DNA of 57,222 nt from Candidatus Nealsonbacteria bacterium (GTDB lineage Bacteria > Patescibacteriota > Minisyncoccia > Minisyncoccales > GWA2-38-27), in assembly GCA_030617105.1 (NCBI GenBank), contig JAUWWC010000003.1, positions 1 through 57,222 on the forward strand, written 5' to 3'. Positions 19,170-27,268 of the stretch are shown one piece after another. The translations under genes and the position numbers were made by a program. Position 1 is the first letter of the stretch. Every line of letters starts with the position of its first letter. The notes beneath the pieces are model-generated. The model searched no databases, was not told the origin of the DNA, and saw only the letters and a program-made list of their open reading frames with translations.

Positions 19170-21926
19170 TTATTTTTTAATTTTAATATAATGTTTTTGT
19201 TTTGCTATTTTTATTTCTTTGCCAGATACTTTTTTCTTAACATTAAACTCCTTAGCTCCTACTTGTTTTTTGAAATCTTCCAAATTAGCTGGTTCAAAAG
19301 TAGATTCAATTATAATTTTATCTTTTGGTTTTAGGCCAGCTTTTTTTCTCATTTGTTGAATGTGCCTAATAACTTCTCTGGCAATTCCTTCTTTCCTCAA
19401 TTCTTTACTGATTTTAGTATCTAATTTAATTCCCTTGCCAAAAGTAATTTTCTTAACATTAACTTCATCTTTTATCAGCTCAAGCAATTCTTTCTCGTTT
19501 CTTAATTCTTTATTCTTAATTCTTAATTCCGCAAGAGGTTGTCGGACTTTAATTCCTTTTTCAGCTCTTTGAGCTAAAGCCAAAGTAACGATATCTCTAA
19601 CCTGAATCATTTTCTCTTCAAGTTTATCATTTATTTTTCCTGGCTTAGGCCAATCGCATAAATGCACTGATTCAGGCATATTGTTTGTTTTCAAGTTGCT
19701 ATACATTTCTTCTGCAAAAAACGGCATTACTGGAGCAATAAGTTTTAATAAATTTAAAAGCACATAATACAAAGTTGAAATTGCCTGCTCTCTTTTTTCA
19801 GCTCCTTGCTTGAATCTTTTTCTTGATCTCCTGACATACCAGAGAGATAAATCCTGAATAAAGAAATCTTCTATTGTTAAAACAGCAGAAGTAGCATTGT
19901 GCTTGTCTAAGTTTTTTGTAGCTCTTTTAATTACATTATTCAATCTTGAAATAATCCATTCATCTAATATGTTATTTGATTTTAGTTCTTTTTTAGGAAA
20001 GTCTTTTTTATCTACATAAGTATTTAAAAATGTAAATACATTAAACAGGGTTAGTAGTTTTCTCTTTATTTCTTCAGCACCTTTATATCCAAACCTCAAA
20101 TCATAAACAGGATTTTGCCTTGAATACATCCATCGCATAGGATCTGCTCCAATCTTTTCAACTGCATCATCAAACCAAATAGCATTTGCTTTTGATTTAT
20201 GCATTTCTTCTCCATGCTCATCTTTTACAGAAGCATGCCCAAAAACTGTTTTCATTGGATTAGTGCCTTCTAAAACAGTGCTCATTACAATTAATGCGTA
20301 AAACCAGTTCTTGAATTGTCCTGGAAATGATTCACAAATCAAATCAGCTGGAAACCAATCTTTTTCCATTGTAGAAAAAGGAACTATTCCAGCATCAAGC
20401 CAGGGATTTCCAACATCAGGAATCCGAGAAATCTCTTGTTTGCATTTAGAGCATTTAATTTTTACATTATCAACCCATGGACGATGAGGAGAATGTGGTT
20501 CAAACTTATCCCATCCAGAAACAGCTCTTTTTTTTAATTCTTGCTTTGAGCCGATTACCTCAAAATTATTGCATTTACATTCATAAATCGGGAGAGCCAA
20601 ACCCCAATAACGTTTCTTAGAAATCAACCAATCCTGCATATTCTTCAACCAGTCCAATTCCCTATCCAAGCCAAAAGAGGGAATCCAATCTACTTTCTTA
20701 GCAACTTCTTTTAACTGCTTTCTTAATTTATCCATTGAAATATACCACTCATCAACTACTCTAAAAATCAGTTCTGTTTTGCATCGCCAGCAAGTTGGAT
20801 AACGGTGCGTATAATCTTCAATTTTATATACTCTTCCCTTTTTTTCTAAATCTTTGAAAATCAAATCTCTAACTTGTTCAGAACCAACAAACTTGCCTGT
20901 TAGTTTCCCAAAGCCCTGCCTATAATTGCTTTCATCATCACTCAAATCAATTACTGGCAGATTTAATTCTTTGCTTAATTGATAATCTTCTGCACCGCAT
21001 CCAGGAGCAATATGAACAATTCCTGTTCCTTCTTCTTGGGTTACATCTTTCCATAAAATAACTTTATGTTTTTCTTTGTCAAACAAACCTTCATACTGCA
21101 GCCCTTGTAATTTCTTGCCTTTGAATGTTTCAATAACCTTACCCGCTTCAATCAAATCTGCTTTTTCTTTAAGCAAAATATACATGATATTTTTGCTTTT
21201 TACTCTTGCATACTCTAAATCAGAATGAACAGCTAAAGCAGTATTGCCTGGTAATGTCCATGGAGTTGTTGTCCAAACAAGAAAGAAAGTATTTTTTCTA
21301 CCAATAACTGACAGCTTTACAAAAATTGACTTATGAGTAATCTCCTTATATTCTTCAGTCAAAATCTCGTGTTGGGAAATTGCCGTACCACACCTTGGAC
21401 ACCAAGGAACACTATCGCGGCCTTTGTATAATAATCCTTTTTTCCAGCAAATCTTAAGAAAGTTCCAAATAGTATAATTATTCTTGTCAGACATTGTATA
21501 ATACGAATTATCCCAATCCATCCACTGGCCCAATCTAATTGACTGTTCTGTTTGAATCTTTGAATATTTTAAAACTCTTTGCTTGCAGGCATTAACAAAC
21601 TTATCAATGCCAAACTTTTCAATATCTTTTTTATTCCTAAATCCTTTTTCTTTCTCAACTTCAACTTCAACCCAAAGGCCCTGACAGTCAAAACCATTCT
21701 GAAACCTTTGCTCAAATCCCTGCATTGCCTTATATCTTTGAAACAAATCTTTATATGTTCTTCCCCAGGCATGATGAACGCCCATAGGATTATTAGCTGT
21801 AATAGGACCATCTAAAAACGACCAGTGCTTTTTGCCTTGGTTTTTCTTCTTTAGTTTGCTGAAAATCTTCTTCTGTTTCCAGAATTTCAATATCTTTTGT
21901 TCCAATTTCGGAAAATCAATACTCAT
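19170..21926 (-). CDS. ileS: Isoleucine-tRNA ligase; start MSIDFPK
   Basis: DGPITANNPMGVHH, WTTTPWTLP, GTGIVHIAPG and EMHKSK motifs; ATGA overlap with the upstream gene. Confidence 0.96.
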   Translation of the reverse strand: MSIDFPKLEQKILKFWKQKKIFSKLKKKNQGKKHWSFLDGPITANNPMGVHHAWGRTYKDLFQRYKAMQGFEQRFQNGFDCQGLWVEVEVEKEKGFRNKKDIEKFGIDKFVNACKQRVLKYSKIQTEQSIRLGQWMDWDNSYYTMSDKNNYTIWNFLKICWKKGLLYKGRDSVPWCPRCGTAISQHEILTEEYKEITHKSIFVKLSVIGRKNTFFLVWTTTPWTLPGNTALAVHSDLEYARVKSKNIMYILLKEKADLIEAGKVIETFKGKKLQGLQYEGLFDKEKHKVILWKDVTQEEGTGIVHIAPGCGAEDYQLSKELNLPVIDLSDDESNYRQGFGKLTGKFVGSEQVRDLIFKDLEKKGRVYKIEDYTHRYPTCWRCKTELIFRVVDEWYISMDKLRKQLKEVAKKVDWIPSFGLDRELDWLKNMQDWLISKKRYWGLALPIYECKCNNFEVIGSKQELKKRAVSGWDKFEPHSPHRPWVDNVKIKCSKCKQEISRIPDVGNPWLDAGIVPFSTMEKDWFPADLICESFPGQFKNWFYALIVMSTVLEGTNPMKTVFGHASVKDEHGEEMHKSKANAIWFDDAVEKIGADPMRWMYSRQNPVYDLRFGYKGAEEIKRKLLTLFNVFTFLNTYVDKKDFPKKELKSNNILDEWIISRLNNVIKRATKNLDKHNATSAVLTIEDFFIQDLSLWYVRRSRKRFKQGAEKREQAISTLYYVLLNLLKLIAPVMPFFAEEMYSNLKTNNMPESVHLCDWPKPGKINDKLEEKMIQVRDIVTLALAQRAEKGIKVRQPLAELRIKNKELRNEKELLELIKDEVNVKKITFGKGIKLDTKISKELRKEGIAREVIRHIQQMRKKAGLKPKDKIIIESTFEPANLEDFKKQVGAKEFNVKKKVSGKEIKIAKQKHYIKIKK

Positions 21927-22495
21927 GGTTCTATGTATTGGCCAACATTTGGCCAAAGATCTCCCATCTTTCTTCTTTCTAAAAGCTCATCTTCGCTTAG
22001 ACCTTTTAAATAACCCACCAAAAGCCATACAGGATCAGCATGACTTACAATTAAAATTGTCTTGTTATTATGTTCTTTCTCAATGTCTTTTATAACAGCA
22101 ATTGCTCTTTTTCCAACATCTCTCCAGTTTTCTCCTTTAGCAGGCCTTTTGAAAAATCTTTGCTTTTTATTAGAAAAAAATTGACGATACCTCTCTCCTG
22201 GCTTTCCGTGGAAAACTCCGAAATTTGTATCTCTTAATCTTTTATCAAATTTAATCTTTTCTAACCCAAGTTCTTTAGCAACAATTTTTGCTGTTTGTTT
22301 GGTTCTGAAATAATCTGAAGAATAAATCAAACCAATTCCTTTGCCATTAAGTCTTTTTGCTACAATCTTGATTTGTTCTTTTGCATTTTTAGTTATAGAG
22401 AGAATAAATTGATCAGATTTACGATAAAGAACATCCATTTTCTTTGCCTGATACCTTGTCTCCCCATGCCTTAATAATATATATTTGTTTTTCAT
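21923..22495 (-). CDS. Histidine phosphatase family protein
   Basis: LLRHGET, IYSSD..R..QTA and LIVSH motifs. Confidence 0.92.
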   Translation of the reverse strand: MKNKYILLRHGETRYQAKKMDVLYRKSDQFILSITKNAKEQIKIVAKRLNGKGIGLIYSSDYFRTKQTAKIVAKELGLEKIKFDKRLRDTNFGVFHGKPGERYRQFFSNKKQRFFKRPAKGENWRDVGKRAIAVIKDIEKEHNNKTILIVSHADPVWLLVGYLKGLSEDELLERRKMGDLWPNVGQYIEP

Positions 22496-22496
22496 A

Positions 22497-24013
22497 TTAC
22501 ATCTTTTCTGGGCTGGAAAGACCCATTAAATCTAAAGTATTTTTAAGAATGCTTTGAGTTGCCAAAATCAAAGATAATCTGGCTTGGCTTAATTCTTTAT
22601 CTTCAGTAAGAACTCTGCAGTTTTTATAAAACTTATGAAAACTCTCAGCTAAATCAATAGCATATTGCGGTATTCTCTGAACCTGATAATCTTTTGCAGT
22701 GTCTTCAATAATTTCTGGAAACCTAATCAACTGCTTAATCAAATCTAATTCGCTTGAATGATTTAGCAATTTTGAATTTTGAATTTTGAATTTTGAATTT
22801 GTTTGTAATTTGGAATTTGTTATTTGGGATTTCTTAAGTATGTTGCATATTCTTGCATAAGCGTACTGTACATAATAAACAGGGTTTTTCTGTGACTTTT
22901 CTTTAGCTAAACTTAAATCAAAATTCAAATGACTCCCCGAATTTCTTGTTAAAAAGAAAAACCGAGCAACATCCAATCCAACTTCATCAATTAATTCTTC
23001 CAGGGTTATATAAGTACCTGTTCTTTTGGACATCCTGACCTGCTTGCCTTTTTCAAAAAGCCGAACCATTTGCATAATAATAAAATCTACCTGTTCTTTC
23101 TTATAACCCAAAGCTTTAACCACGGCTTTCATTCTTCCTATATATCCATAATGATCAGCTCCCCAAAAGAAAACTAACTTGTCAAAACCTCTTTTAAATT
23201 TATTCTTTAAATAAGCAATATCAGAAGAAAAATAAGTTTTCTCGCCATCTGCTTTTACTAATACCCTATCCTTATCATCTCCAAACTTGCTTGATTTAAA
23301 CCACAAAGCCCCTTCTTTTTCATAAGCTAATTTTTTCTTTTTCAGCCAATTCAAGATTTTATCAACTTCCTTGCTTTTATACAAACTATTTTCAGAAAAC
23401 CAAACATCAAACTTAATTTTTAGTTTTTTTGTAATTATTTTTTGGTTTTCTTTTTGAATTTGCAAAGCTGTTCTCTTCTCGCCTTTGTAAAGGCCTTTTT
23501 TCAAATCTTCTACTTGTTTACCACGATCGTTAACATAAAACTCGCGAAATACATTATATCCTGCTTTTTCTAAAACATTTGACAAAACATCTCCGCAAAA
23601 CCCTCCACGTCCATTTCCCAAAGTCAAAGGACCAGTAGGATTTGCTGAAATAAATTCAACATTTATTTTTTGCCTTTCCCTATTTTCAAATCTCCAAACT
23701 TCTCTTTTTCTTTCAAAATGTTCCCTACTTGCTTTTGCAAATACTTTCTTGAAACAAAAAAATTAATAAAACCCGGCTTAACAACTTCGACTTTGTCGAG
23801 GAATTTCGAATTTCGAATTTCGAATTTCGAATTTATTAAATTGGCTATCTTCATTGGATCTTCTTTTCCAATTACCATCGCCACATTCGTGGCATAATCC
23901 CCGTGTGTTTTTTCTCTTGGTTCCTCAACCAAAACTCCAGAAACCTTAAATCCAAGTTCCTTTATCGCTTTTTCTACTAATTTTCTAATATCATCCCTAA
24001 TCATTATTTCCAT
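22497..24013 (-). CDS. argS: Arginine-tRNA ligase, split by a 1-nt frameshift in an A6 run at 23666-23671
   Basis: 5' ORF has HGDYATNVA and PGFINF; the -1 frame continues INVEFISANPTGPLTLGNGRG...MSKR...YVQYAYAR...PEKM. Confidence 0.93.
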
Positions 24014-24067
24014 CTTACCCTATTTTCTTCAAAAATTCAAAAAACAGAGGCCCGTCCTCCGCAAAAG

Positions 24068-24144
24068 CTTGACAGATTTGAGAATATGCGATAAACTGTA
24101 AATATCGTGAAAAACTAAAATAGCAACTTAAAAATTTGAAAGGA
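24068..24144 (+). repeat. Promoter/leader direct repeat, family 1, copy 1
   Basis: 76/77 identical to 25022-25098; contains TTGACA-17-TAAACT and GAAAGGA. Confidence 0.95.
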
Positions 24145-24155
24145 GGTGCTTTACA

Positions 24156-24428
24156 ATGAATATTGTTCTTTATATCATCGCATTCGTTGTTATCCTTATC
24201 GTTTCTGTTTTGATAAATTCATGGGAGTACGGAAGTACGCGCAACCGACTTCTTGAACAAATCAAAAATAGTTACCAAGAATATAATGTCACTTCCGAAA
24301 CTTTCCATAATAACGACTATGTCTATGGTACTCGGTTTATCGCCACCTTAGTGAAAAAAAATGACCCAAATTGCAGAATTAATGTTGTCAACAGCAACGA
24401 TACAGGAATAAAGGAAATTTCTTTGTGA
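24156..24428 (+). CDS. Hypothetical protein with N-terminal TM helix
   Basis: AGGAGG SD; own promoter; hairpin after the stop. Confidence 0.75.
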   Translation: MNIVLYIIAFVVILIVSVLINSWEYGSTRNRLLEQIKNSYQEYNVTSETFHNNDYVYGTRFIATLVKKNDPNCRINVVNSNDTGIKEISL

Positions 24429-24434
24429 AATAAA

Positions 24435-24530
24435 GTGCCGAGAACAGTTCTCGGCACATTTTTTATTGCAGAAAATACTACGAGAACTGTTCTCGTAGTG
24501 ATTAAAATGGAAGAGAACTGTCCTCTTCCA
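24435..24530. repeat. Three 23-bp palindromes with core GAGAAC-W-GTYCTC
   Basis: 24435-24457, 24477-24499 and 24508-24530; outer arms differ but stay complementary. Confidence 0.9.
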
Positions 24531-24531
24531 A

Positions 24532-24750
24532 TTATTTTTTCTTAAAATCTTCTTCTGTTAATTGTGCCTGATGTAAAATAGATTTAAAAGTTCCATAAGG
24601 AATCTCTTTCTTGTTAGCAGGAACTATAACTGTTAAAATCTTCTTTCCAAATTTACGAAATTTTACATGACTGCCTTTTTGAGATATATAAACAAAGCCC
24701 TTCTTTTGAAGGACTTTAATAATTTCAGTAGATGAATAAAGCTTAGGCAT
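24532..24750 (-). CDS. hicA: HicA family toxin
   Basis: GF...QKGSH.K, VP...KEI..GT..SIL.QA. Confidence 0.93.
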   Translation of the reverse strand: MPKLYSSTEIIKVLQKKGFVYISQKGSHVKFRKFGKKILTVIVPANKKEIPYGTFKSILHQAQLTEEDFKKK

Positions 24751-24961
24751 GATTGAGAGATAAAGTAACTAATTCTGGTCTCTCAACTTTAGGCAAATGA
24801 ACTATTTTCTCATTTTCAAAGTATAATTCCAAAGCTTCATCCAAATTATCTAAAGCTTCTTTTTTGGTCTTGCCGAAACTAGATACATCAACATTAAGAC
24901 ATTGGGCAACATAATACTTGCCTTCTTTCCAAACTACATTTTTTAAGTTTATTTTACGCAT
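24743..24961 (-). CDS. hicB: HicB family antitoxin, short form without a DNA-binding domain
   Basis: YVA.C......S.GKT..EAL.NL.EALELY. Confidence 0.92.
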   Translation of the reverse strand: MRKINLKNVVWKEGKYYVAQCLNVDVSSFGKTKKEALDNLDEALELYFENEKIVHLPKVERPELVTLSLNHA

Positions 24962-25021
24962 ATATTATTTATTACTAACTATTTTAATTTTATCAAAACC
25001 CAAGAAATAAGTCAATAAAAA

Positions 25022-25098
25022 CTTGACAGATTTGAGAATATGCGATAAACTGTAAATATCGTGAAAAACTAAAATAGCAACTTTAAAATTTGAAAGGA
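25022..25098 (+). repeat. Promoter/leader direct repeat, family 1, copy 2
   Basis: 76/77 identical to 24068-24144. Confidence 0.95.
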
Positions 25099-25103
25099 AA
25101 GAA

Positions 25104-25343
25104 ATGATGATTGAAGAACTTTACAAAATATCAAAAGTATTGTTTATGGGTTCATTCCCTACCGCGCTTGGGAGGATTGGGGTTGTTTGGCTTCTTTCCT
25201 GCTGGATTGTATGGATTATTGTATCAATAAGATACAAAAATCTAACGATTTCTACTACTGTGGGTCTGATTGGTGTCATAGGTTTTATCTCAGCAGTGCT
25301 AATATCTGTGTATATCAATCAGCCATTTACGTGGAAAACCTAA
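25104..25343 (+). CDS. Small hypothetical membrane protein
   Basis: Two hydrophobic helices; AAAGGA SD; terminator downstream. Confidence 0.7.
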   Translation: MMIEELYKISKVLFMGSFPTALGRIGVVWLLSCWIVWIIVSIRYKNLTISTTVGLIGVIGFISAVLISVYINQPFTWKT

Positions 25344-25367
25344 ATTGAAAATCAGGAACAAATCTTC

Positions 25368-25398
25368 GAAGGCATCAAAATTGATGCCTTCTTTTTTT
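25368..25398 (+). terminator. Intrinsic terminator
   Basis: gaaggcatcaa-aa-ttgatgccttc followed by T7. Confidence 0.8.
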
Positions 25399-25422
25399 AT
25401 TGAATTATGATAATATAAAGTA

Positions 25423-25872
25423 ATGAAAATCTTAGCTGAAAATAGAAAAGCGAGGTTTGATTATGAAATCCTGGAAAGGTTTGAAGCAGGCATGGTTTTG
25501 ATTGGCCAAGAAGTCAAATCAATAAAATCAGGAAGAATGAGTTTAAAAGGCTCTTATGTGACGCTAAGAGGAGAAGAGCCGTATTTAGTCGGAGCTAATA
25601 TCCCTGCTTATCAGCCAAAGAACATTTCTCCGGATTATGAGCCAGAGAAACCAAGAAAGCTTCTTCTGAATAAATCAGAAATTAAGCATTTAATCGGTAA
25701 AACAAAGGAAAAGGGCTTGACTTTAGTGCCCTTAAAAGTGTATACTAAGAAAGGAAAAATAAAGCTTGGGTTTGGAATAGGAAAAGGAAGAAAGAAAGCT
25801 GATAAAAGAGAATTAATTAAAAAAAGAGAAACAGAAAGAGAAATAGACAGAGAATTAAAATCACGGGGATGA
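25423..25872 (+). CDS. smpB: SsrA-binding protein
   Basis: NRKARFDY, EAG.VL.GQEVKS, RKLLL and DKRE motifs. Confidence 0.97.
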   Translation: MKILAENRKARFDYEILERFEAGMVLIGQEVKSIKSGRMSLKGSYVTLRGEEPYLVGANIPAYQPKNISPDYEPEKPRKLLLNKSEIKHLIGKTKEKGLTLVPLKVYTKKGKIKLGFGIGKGRKKADKRELIKKRETEREIDRELKSRG

Positions 25873-26185
25873 ATAGTTTCGACAGAAGTTTTTTGTCAAA
25901 ATAGAGCAGGTAAAATATTCTCAAATAAGTGCCAACTTGTTTAAGAAACCCGCGTTAGCTTTTGCTTAACGCCGTCAAGATTACCGATTCTCGCTAAGTA
26001 ATCTTTGGCGTGATAATAGCGAGATAGATAGTTCTTTTTGTCTCAGAAAAACTATCAAAACAAACGAGACTAAGGTGTTGGAATTTTGTCTGTTTCCAAT
26101 TTAACACTCTAAAACTAAAACAGACTAAACCTGTAGAACTATTTTGATAAAACTTTTGGATGCGAGTTCGCCCTCGCCATCTCCA
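25865..26185 (+). ncRNA. ssrA: tmRNA; tag reading frame 25931-25969 encodes ANLFKKPALAFA*
   Basis: GGGGATG/CATCTCC-A acceptor stem with G3:U; TTCGAC near the 5' end; GCGAG/CTCGC T-stem; AATAAGT before the resume codon; follows smpB. Confidence 0.95.
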
Positions 26186-26187
26186 CA

Positions 26188-26697
26188 GTGCAAAGAAAAC
26201 CATTGGTCAACAATCGAATAAGAGCTAGAGAAGTAAGACTAATTGATGAAACTGGAAAGCAATTAGGAGTTTTGGCGTTAGAAAAAGCGCTCCAAATAAC
26301 CAGGGAGCGCGATTTGGATTTAATTCAGGTTACTGAAAAAGTTGAGCCGCCTGTTTGCAAAATAATGGATTATGGAAAATATCTTTACCAGTTAAAAAAG
26401 AAAGAAAGATCAGCTAAACATCATAAAGGCGGTGAACTCAAAGGAATAAGATTGACTTTTGGGATTTCTGAACATGACTTAGAAACAAGGACAAAGCAAG
26501 CAGAAAAGTTTCTAAAAACAGGAAATAGGGTAAGAATAGAGATGAAATTAAGAGGCAGGCAAAAAGCGCTTCAGGGATTTGCTAGAGAAAAGATAAGGAA
26601 ATTCCTGGAAATCTTGGAAAAAACAATCCCAATAAAAATAGAAAGGGAATTAAAAAGACAACCAAGAGGATTAACAATGATTATATCTAAAAAGTAA
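26188..26697 (+). CDS. infC: Translation initiation factor IF-3
   Basis: N.RIRAREVRLID, PPVCKIMDYGKY; precedes rpmI-rplT. Confidence 0.96.
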   Translation: MQRKPLVNNRIRAREVRLIDETGKQLGVLALEKALQITRERDLDLIQVTEKVEPPVCKIMDYGKYLYQLKKKERSAKHHKGGELKGIRLTFGISEHDLETRTKQAEKFLKTGNRVRIEMKLRGRQKALQGFAREKIRKFLEILEKTIPIKIERELKRQPRGLTMIISKK

Positions 26698-26698
26698 T

Positions 26699-26881
26699 AT
26701 GAAAACAAGAAAATCAATCAAAAAACGCTTCAAAATAACTAAAACTGGCAAGGTTCTTAGAAGAGCAACTGGTCAGGACCACTTTCGGGCAAAGAAATCA
26801 GGGAAAAAAATAAGAAAGACCCGAAAATGGGTTAAGCTTTCCAAGCCATTGGCTAAGAAGATTAAAAAACTATTAAGGTAA
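26699..26881 (+). CDS. rpmI: 50S ribosomal protein L35
   Basis: KT.KS..KRFKIT.TGK; synteny. Confidence 0.95.
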   Translation: MKTRKSIKKRFKITKTGKVLRRATGQDHFRAKKSGKKIRKTRKWVKLSKPLAKKIKKLLR

Positions 26882-26882
26882 T

Positions 26883-27230
26883 ATGGTTAGAGTAAAAAGA
26901 GGAAAAACTGCTCATAAGCGCAGGAAAAAAGTATTGAAATATACCAAGGGTTTTCGCTGGGGAAGAAAATCAAAATACAAAGCAGCAAAAGAAGCATTGC
27001 TTCATGCCAGGTCTTATGCTTACCGAGACAGAAGAACCAAGAAAAGAGAATTTAGAAAACTCTGGTAAATCCGAATCAATGCTGCCTGCAGAAAACAGGG
27101 TTTGACTTACAGCCGATTTATTTACGGATTAAAAGAAAAAAAGATTGAACTTGACAGAAAAGTATTATCTGAATTAGTAAAAGATAATGGCAAGATATTT
27201 GAAAAGATTGTAGAGAAAGTAAAGGAATAA
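26883..27230 (+). CDS. rplT: 50S ribosomal protein L20 with an in-frame TAA at 27066-27068
   Basis: MVRVKRG...[32 protein letters not shown]....[11 protein letters not shown]; homology continues in frame past the stop. Confidence 0.93.
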
Positions 27231-27257
27231 AAAACCCCGTCAAGACGACGGGGTTTT
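27231..27257. terminator. Bidirectional terminator
   Basis: aaaaccccgtc...gacggggtttt between convergent genes. Confidence 0.85.
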
Positions 27258-27268
27258 GCTTTCAGAAA

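Noticed and set aside
24046-24070. GC-rich stub gaggcccgtcctccgcaaaagctt, possibly half of a REP-like palindrome cut by the cassette
   Set aside because: Single partial copy in the window; cannot be supported.
24435-24530. CRISPR array
   Set aside because: The units are not identical, the gaps are only 8-19 bp, and no cas genes are present.
25994-26203. 69-aa minus-strand ORF
   Set aside because: Antisense to the tmRNA.
26883-27230. Stop-codon reassignment explaining the broken rplT and argS
   Set aside because: TAA, TAG and TGA all terminate intact genes here, and the argS lesion is a frameshift rather than an in-frame stop.
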